Origin: Eledone cirrhosa
Lineage: Eukaryota
DNA length: 64,000 nucleotides
Reading direction: 5' to 3'
Assembly (NCBI GenBank): GCA_964016885.1
Contig: OZ024742.1
Span: forward strand, 327,980,001-328,044,000
Of this stretch, positions 55,578 to 64,000 are shown piece after piece (position 1 is the stretch's first letter; every line of letters starts with the position of its first letter). The notes below the pieces were generated by a model, which saw only the letters and a list, made by a program, of their open reading frames with translations, had not been told where the DNA came from and searched no databases. Made by a program: the position numbers and the translations under genes.

Positions 55578-56770
55578 TGTCCCTCTCTATATATATACAT
55601 TCAATGATATAACAGGACACATAAGCTATCTGTAAGTTGTTGTAATATGTAGAAAAACGATTTTGTTTTTTGCTAAGCTTAAATATTGTTTTATACGCAT
55701 AATACACACTGGCTGTCAATTACTGCTAGTCTTACATGCACATATGGTTTCAAAGACTACTAAATGCATATCAACTCGCATACATACATTTACAAATAAG
55801 TTCATTGAATTCCGTAATTTACAAATAAGTTCATTGGAATTACTTATGAATTCATACACACATCTACATGCACAGACAATTGCAGCCACTTCAATATCTT
55901 TAATACCTAGATACATTTATACATATATGCGACCACATATCCAAACACAGAGGAGAGTGATCAAATTATGTATTTATGTGTACATGCGCATGTGTGTGAT
56001 TGTGTGTGTGTGTGTGGTGGGTAGAGAAACAGAGAGCAGAAGAAAGAAAGAGACCAAGAGAGAGATAGGGGTGACAATTAAATCGAGTTAAAATGAAGAG
56101 ATTTAAAGAGTGATTGAAGGTAACTGATAATTATTGTATCTTACAAGGCAAGATATCAACATTCTATTTTCTCATCTAAAGAGAGTGCTCTCCAACTTTC
56201 TCACTCACCCTCCATTAGATCTTTCTGCCATTCCTCATTTCCTTTAATAAATCTAACATTTTAATCTCAAAGGCAGCTCGAAATCTGAACTGTTCATGGA
56301 TAAATTTTGAATTGATATGTATCCCTGTATCAAATTTTGTCAAGATTCATGGTGAAGGGTATTGAGGATTAATGAGTGTTGGTGAATTAATGTATACGAA
56401 ACTGTGCCAAAACGTGATTAAAATGTGGGTCGACTAGTGGTTCATGAATAAAAGCGTGGATAAAATGGTAAGTGGAAGGCAAAAAAGAGGATTTTAAATA
56501 AAGCCATGGGTAAAATGGTGACTTGTGGGAAAATAGTGGACAGTGTGTAAAATGGTGGGTAAAATATGCATAGAATATTAGATGGCTGGAAACCTGGAGA
56601 GTACAATGGGTTAGTTCGTAGGTAAAATCCTGGGTAGGTTAATAGGCTAGAAATAGTTCGTGGGTCGAATTTCGCTGGTGTTTCTGCCGCGTTTTTCTAT
56701 CTTCACTGTTTCTTTATCCGAATTGTTCAACTATTGTTTATGATATAAAGTTATATCTTTATATATACAA

Positions 56771-57055
56771 TATAGAGGGGGCCGAGACTGCGAAAATGGG
56801 TATATAAATTTACACATATTTAGGATATAGTCATGTAAACATGAAGAATATACCAATTTTGCCGTAAATTGAAAAAAATATATAAACACCTGTGATTGAT
56901 TTTTTTAAACCTGTGTTCAGATCGAATTATTTTTATCATCTAAACAACGACAAATCGATTAAAGGTGTTACTAATTTTCCTCATTTTACATATCTATATA
57001 CTAAATATGTGCAAATTTATATGAGTTTACGCAATCTCGGTTAACTCAACACTTT
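56771..57055. mobile_element. Degenerate MITE-like element
   Basis: Subterminal inverted repeats gccgagactgcgaaaa / tttacgcaatctcggt; TA flanks. Confidence 0.4.
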
Positions 57056-57424
57056 ATATATACTCAATATTCTATACGGCGGTTGCTTAGCTCACAATTT
57101 TAATATATGATAATTATAAATGTATGCTTCACCCAAAAGCAACATTTTTACATTTCGGATTTCACCAACACTTTGTATTATATAATTCAGATTCCTTCAT
57201 TCTGCTTTCCTTTATTTAAATAGGATGTAATTTTATAGTTTTAATTAATATCTATCTTTGAATTTCTCAGCCACGAGTCACTTGTTTTTAGATGTATTAA
57301 CATATGTACCATGAAACACATTGGTATCTATTATATACGCACATGCAAATACACATCTATCTATCTGTCTATCTCTCTCACTCTATATATATATATGTGT
57401 TTGAGTGCATACACACACACACAC

Positions 57425-57465
<41 letters not shown>

Positions 57466-57757
57466 CAATATCGGAGAAAGCTTTTAGCGATACTCCGGCC
57501 AAATTCCAACTCACTCAACAAACATTAGGAAATAAGTGATTATATTCCCAATTATGTGTTCGGGGTGCTAACTAAAAGTATTGCGTGGAAAATTGGCTGT
57601 ATTATTTCAAATGAGACATATCTAATATATCTCTTCCCAGATGGACGTCTCGTTTTATTATAGGACTCCTACAATTTGGGTGAAATTATACCAATTTATG
57701 TAGGAGCTTGTATACCATCAATAGATATATATTCATATATATTCATATATATATATA

Positions 57758-57834
<77 letters not shown>

Positions 57835-58252
57835 GATGTGCGTTTCTGGCTAAGGGTCCCTTCTTTATTATCGGACGGAACCCGTTGAGAAAGCTCTTCC
57901 GCGTCCAGTCCTTCTCTAGAAGTCTTATATATTTTTTATGTGGGCTGATAGTGAATGGATTAAGGAATTGCAGAAACCCAAGAAGCTAGATTTAACACCA
58001 TTCTAGCGGGTCCGGGTAAGTTTTTTTACATTCATTTAATTTATCGATTTATTGATATTTTATTTGAGTGACCCGAATCTTCCTGGTCGTTCTTTTTCGG
58101 CTGTACGGGTGATTTTAGGCATAATCTGTATGTGTTGGTAATTTAACGATGGTTATAGCTCTGGTTTATCCAAATTATTGAGCCCTCTGCCACACATATC
58201 GGATATTGTTTATCGTTAATCCGTGAGCTGTTTTTCCGATTCTCGATTATTC

Positions 58253-58327
<75 letters not shown>

Positions 58328-58559
58328 AACATGTATGTATGAGTGTGTGTGTGTATGTGTGTTTATATATAGATATATAACGAAATGTGGTAAGGAACCA
58401 GGTGGACCATAACGCACTAAAGTACTCAATACTTAGGGTAGTAGAGTGGGTAATAGGAACGAGTAGGACCCCGACGGCTGAGCTCAAGCCGTTTCGACGG
58501 CTAAGTCCAGAATTAGCCGTCGAAACGGCTTGAGCTCAGCCGTCGGGGTCCTACTCGTT

Positions 58560-58623
<64 letters not shown>

Positions 58624-58942
58624 ATGAGTATGTGTGAAAGAGGATAAGGGGATGTCTTCTGATAATCAACAATTTCCTCGTGAACACGAAAACATTTCTC
58701 TTCGGTGTGAATTTGATTTTAATTGATCTATTTTATATTTATGATTAAGTTAGATGGGCTCTTGAAATAAATTCAATATTTTCAAAATTGTGACATTTCG
58801 TTCCTGGAGAAATTATTATGTAGCTTTATCCACAATCGTCAAATATACGTTGTGTTCGATCATAAATATTTATTATTTAATTACCTCGCCTAACGTGGGC
58901 GCGTTATATTAATTATTCTGACCATTTCATCGTCTATATTCT

Positions 58943-59120
58943 TTGGCAGTATCGGTAGAGGGTCGGATGCCATGCTTTCCAGCATAGTTACGTCCCTTAA
59001 CGATCTGAGTTCAAATTCCGCTGAGGTTGACTTTGCCTTTCATCCTTACGGGGTCGATAATATAAAGTACCAGTAATGCACTGGATAATTGCTGGCCTTG
59101 TGCCAAAAAGTAGAAAATTA
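58943..59120 (+). mobile_element. tRNA-derived SINE copy
   Basis: Matches the SINE consensus. Confidence 0.85.
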
Positions 59121-59269
59121 TATTTAGCATTAATATAACAATATTCCTTCTTAGACTTAATCCTATGTGTACTGCGAATGAAACACCTACCCAGTCAGAT
59201 GAACTGGGGTGATAAGACGAAATCTGAAACCACCGGTTTAGATTACACTGACTCAGTGACAACTATGAA

Positions 59270-59530
59270 TGGGCAAATGTGCCTGGAACAGTTGAAGGAC
59301 AAAGTTGAAATATGATCATCCACGACGGTGCTTCAGGTAACATTTAAAAGATTACGGTCACATCGCATGAGCGGTCTGGAAATAACCCTGACCTGAATCC
59401 CATTATAAATTTGTGGGATTTAAATGAACAACAAATAACCACCAAACGAAAAAACACTCAGTAGATGCTACGAAGGACTTCGAGTAAGAAATCTCGCTAG
59501 AATATTAATGGGTTCTTACATCCAGTATGT
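59270..59530 (+). pseudogene. Tc1/mariner transposase remnant
   Basis: HDGA... followed by GNNPDLNPIINLW (compare the Tc1 motif SPDLNPIENLW) at about 59378-59416. Confidence 0.55.
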
Positions 59531-59825
59531 TCTTAAGTGAGTTTTTAATTTATTTTCATTTTATAGTGTGTTACATTCATTTTTGTTAACATAGGTCGTG
59601 GTCTTAAACATGTAGTCGCTAATGTACATAGAAAGATAGAGATATACGCATGTTGTTGCTCTACTACTGATACCCTTAAGCGTGGATATGTCTTGTCAAC
59701 ACTGTGAGAACAAGAGAAAACGATATGGACAAAGATTTGAAAACACATACATGCATGAATTACTACTTCCCAAACAAATTTAGTACATAGTAAATGTTTC
59801 TGATCATGTCTTTTAAAATTATTTG

Positions 59826-60204
59826 TGGATTGGCAGCATCGGTAGAGGGTCGGACGCCATGCTTTGCAGCACAGGTAAATCCCTTTTGTGGACTGAGTTC
59901 AAATCCCGTCGAGGTTAACTTTGCCTTTCATCCTTACGGGGTCGATAAAATAAAGTACCAGTAATGTACTGGGTAATTGCTGGCCTTGTGCCACAAGTAG
60001 AAACAATTATTATTAATATTATTGGCGGTGGATTGGCAGTATCGGACGCCATGCTTTGACGCATAGAGTTACGGCCGTTTCTATTCTGAGTTTAAATCAC
60101 GCCAAGGTTAACAATGCCTTTCACCCTTACGGAGTCGATAAAATAAAGTACCAGTAATGCACTGGGTAGGTGCTGGCCTTGTGCCAAAAGTAGAAACAAT
60201 CATT
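59826..60204 (+). mobile_element. Two adjacent SINE copies (59826-60012, 60024-60204)
   Basis: Both match the SINE consensus; the second starts just after the ATT-rich tail of the first. Confidence 0.85.
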
Positions 60205-60234
60205 CTTAATATTATTCATAACACTTTTGTTCTC

Positions 60235-60387
60235 ACAGATGTTATACCATCACTATACTAAAAGAGCGAGCCATAGCCAATGGCCAAAGATCGTTTGGGT
60301 CATTCCTTCTACAACTTTCCAACACCCTTCTTAGAATTCTTCATGTTCCCAGTTAAGCTGTTTTCTGCAACAATCTCAACCTTTGTG
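60235..60387 (-). mobile_element. R4/Dong-like extreme 3' remnant
   Basis: Minus frame RLLQKTA*LGT*RILRRVLE, matching the C-terminus of the other RLE elements in this window. Confidence 0.6.
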
Positions 60388-61005
60388 TAAGTTCGAGGAA
60401 ACATTTATTATACCATAGGGTCTCTAAAACATGTTTTATACAGTTCTGCAATCGCCTACGAAAGCTGAAAGCTTTTTACTTACTCCATTATCTCGCACTG
60501 CGTAGTTAAAGTTTGCATATCATCAGAGAAATTCGCTAGAAAATGAAGTGGATGAAGTCTTGCTTATATAACATATTATGTACATGCACAGATACCTCAT
60601 CGATGTATCTATGGTCAAATACACTATACAATTTACATACAAATTTAAACAAATATACAAACATACATGCATGAGAACTATACATCTGTGTACAAGTTGA
60701 AGTGGGGATAATCAAACCTGAAATGAGTCAAAAGATTGTGTTAATGTGTTATTAGAAGAAATGGGAGTTGCGACAAGTAGAGAAGTATATTTTGTAATTG
60801 GTCAGTTACTGCCCGTTGTGAGATGTAGTTTACAAGGGGTGTGAGCCTGTTAAAATAATTAGGAAAGAGAATGTATTTAGGAAAAGGCGAAAGTTAGTGC
60901 AATATACAAAATTTATGGGAAATGAACAAATGGTGTGGAAAGATTATAGAGAGATATCACAGTTGATATCTATAATTTAGGTTGGTTAATGGCGCCAAGT
61001 GAGAT

Positions 61006-61077
<72 letters not shown>

Positions 61078-62085
61078 ATATTGTTGACAAGTTGAAATAA
61101 AGAGCTGTAATAAAAGTGAGTTAATGTGGATGTGTATGGTTGCTGGAATTATCATGAATTTAGATGCAGAGATGTGGGATCGAATCTAATATAATTGTGA
61201 TATTTGTTGGTGTATGCGCTGTATAATCTAAAGTTTTTGTGGAGCATACCTATGTAAGGTAATACGTCGTTGCGTCCAATATCTAAAATGTAATGTAGTT
61301 CAAGTTGTAGTATTAGTTGTGCTTGGGTGAGTATGAAAGTGACATGTGTATTACCTAGGCTAAAGTATTAGAATATATAAACTTATGTGGGTTAATCAGT
61401 GGTGTAGATGAAAGATTTTCTACATAAGGAATAGGAGAATATTGAGGAGTTTGCTAGAATGGGTGGTATTTTGGAAATGTTCTCAGAGTTCTATGCTGGC
61501 AATTATAAATCCTCTCATGTCTTAACAGATTTAAAAGACACTGCAATGGCTGCCTTAAAAGCAGTGCATTGTGCTTGAGGACCTTCGACACAAGTCATAT
61601 GTGAAGCAGAAAGGCCAATTCATGCCAGCATATAAAAAAAGGAAAAGGTCTGATTCATGCAAGGTTTAACAATTTTTTTCCAGTCATAATATCCAATACT
61701 TCTGAGGAGCAAATTTCGGAACACAGTCTTTCCGTGTAATACGGCCTAGCATATCTTAAAAGGAACTCAAACTCTACCTTATTTTGTTTCGAATCCCAGA
61801 TTTACTCCGCGCGGGTGCTGTTGATTTCCGCAGGTCCGGTATTTTGAAACACGCATTAGAAATTCTATTGCATGATAAATATTTCTTCCAATTTCAACAA
61901 ATGATGTATAGATTTTTCCTAATACCTTGTTTATGTTATATTACTCCGTGGAATACTCCTTGGAACCTATCTACTATACTCGGTCTCCCATCACATATAC
62001 GATATTTATGTTACATAATACCATCCACTACGTCGAGCACAACTAACTAACTGGTAAGGTTTTCTTCGTTTTTTTATTGTTACCT

Positions 62086-62127
<42 letters not shown>

Positions 62128-62158
62128 GTAGGTAACAATAAAAAAACGAAGAAAACTT

Positions 62159-62189
<31 letters not shown>

Positions 62190-62229
62190 TCGCGCGCGCG
62201 CGCGTGTGTGTGTGCGCGTGTATATATAT

Positions 62230-62333
62230 ATTTGGGGTGTCCCCCAAAGATGTATACATACGTCAACTGCGTTCTAATAAATATTTCCTGTGCGTAATTA
62301 AGGTGTGTATACATTTTGGGGGGACACCCTATA
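62230..62333. mobile_element. Tiny mariner-type MITE (about 100 bp) in TA
   Basis: Terminal inverted repeats gggtgtcccccaaa-gatgtatacatac / gtgtgtatacat-tttgggggacaccc. Confidence 0.7.
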
Positions 62334-62864
62334 TATATATTTATATATATTATCGCACAAACAAAGATTACAACTGCTTTAAAAGTAAATTCCTTCATTT
62401 GATATCAATATTCAAAGAATGGGAGATAACTATTCCCCAAGGTATTTTGTATGTTGAAAAACACATTTCTTTTGACCGGTCATCAAGTACAAGGCCTTGA
62501 TCTAGTCTAGAAACAAAGAGTGTTTTCGATCACCAGACCAACATATAGTTTCAATGATAATTTAGCTCGCAATCAGTAAATGTATGTGTGTATGTTTGTA
62601 TGAATGTTTTTATGTAAGTAAGAAGTATGTATGTAGTTTGTATGTATGTATGCATGTATGTATGTATGTATGTATGTATGTATGTATGTATGTATGCATG
62701 TATGTATGTATGTATGCGTATACGTAGGTATGTATGTATGTTTGTTTGTGTGTATCTATTTATCTATCGATATATCTATGTGTTTATTTGCTTCGCAACC
62801 GACAGACCATAATCTGGTCCGCACATCTCTGTTCGGTTAACCTCATACTCTCTCTCTCTCTCTC

Positions 62865-64000
<1,136 letters not shown>

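Noticed and set aside
60640-61500. Possible old LINE RT remnant on the minus strand
   Set aside because: Composition is suggestive but no diagnostic motif could be read with confidence.

Overview
AT-rich eukaryotic (metazoan) non-genic DNA saturated with (TA)n/(CA)n/(GA)n microsatellites and transposon debris. The SINE and repeat content resembles an octopod cephalopod genome (inference only). No host gene is supportable, and most ORFs in the track are microsatellite artefacts. Recognisable elements: a degenerate near-complete Penelope-like element (PLE; RT plus C-terminal GIY-YIG, 4044-8052) and several PLE 3' fragments; a degenerate R4/Dong-clade LINE (24650-28250, minus) and three 3' fragments; a near full-length Tx1/L1-clade LINE (29274-35286); a CRE-like fragment; about 10 tRNA-derived SINE copies; non-autonomous Helitron-like elements; two MITEs; and a Tc1 remnant. 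The highlight is an RNA-level system. A very young tandem array of about 6.6 x 312 bp (22074-24122) carries one minimal type I hammerhead ribozyme per unit (retrozyme-like, predicted to yield 312-nt self-cleaved or circular RNAs). At least ten unrelated small hammerhead-bearing elements are also scattered through the window, most of them in or beside (TA)n tracts. Many are fold-back palindromes whose inversion points coincide with ribozyme landmarks, and they share non-canonical core features. All ribozyme calls were folded by eye, and activity is untested.
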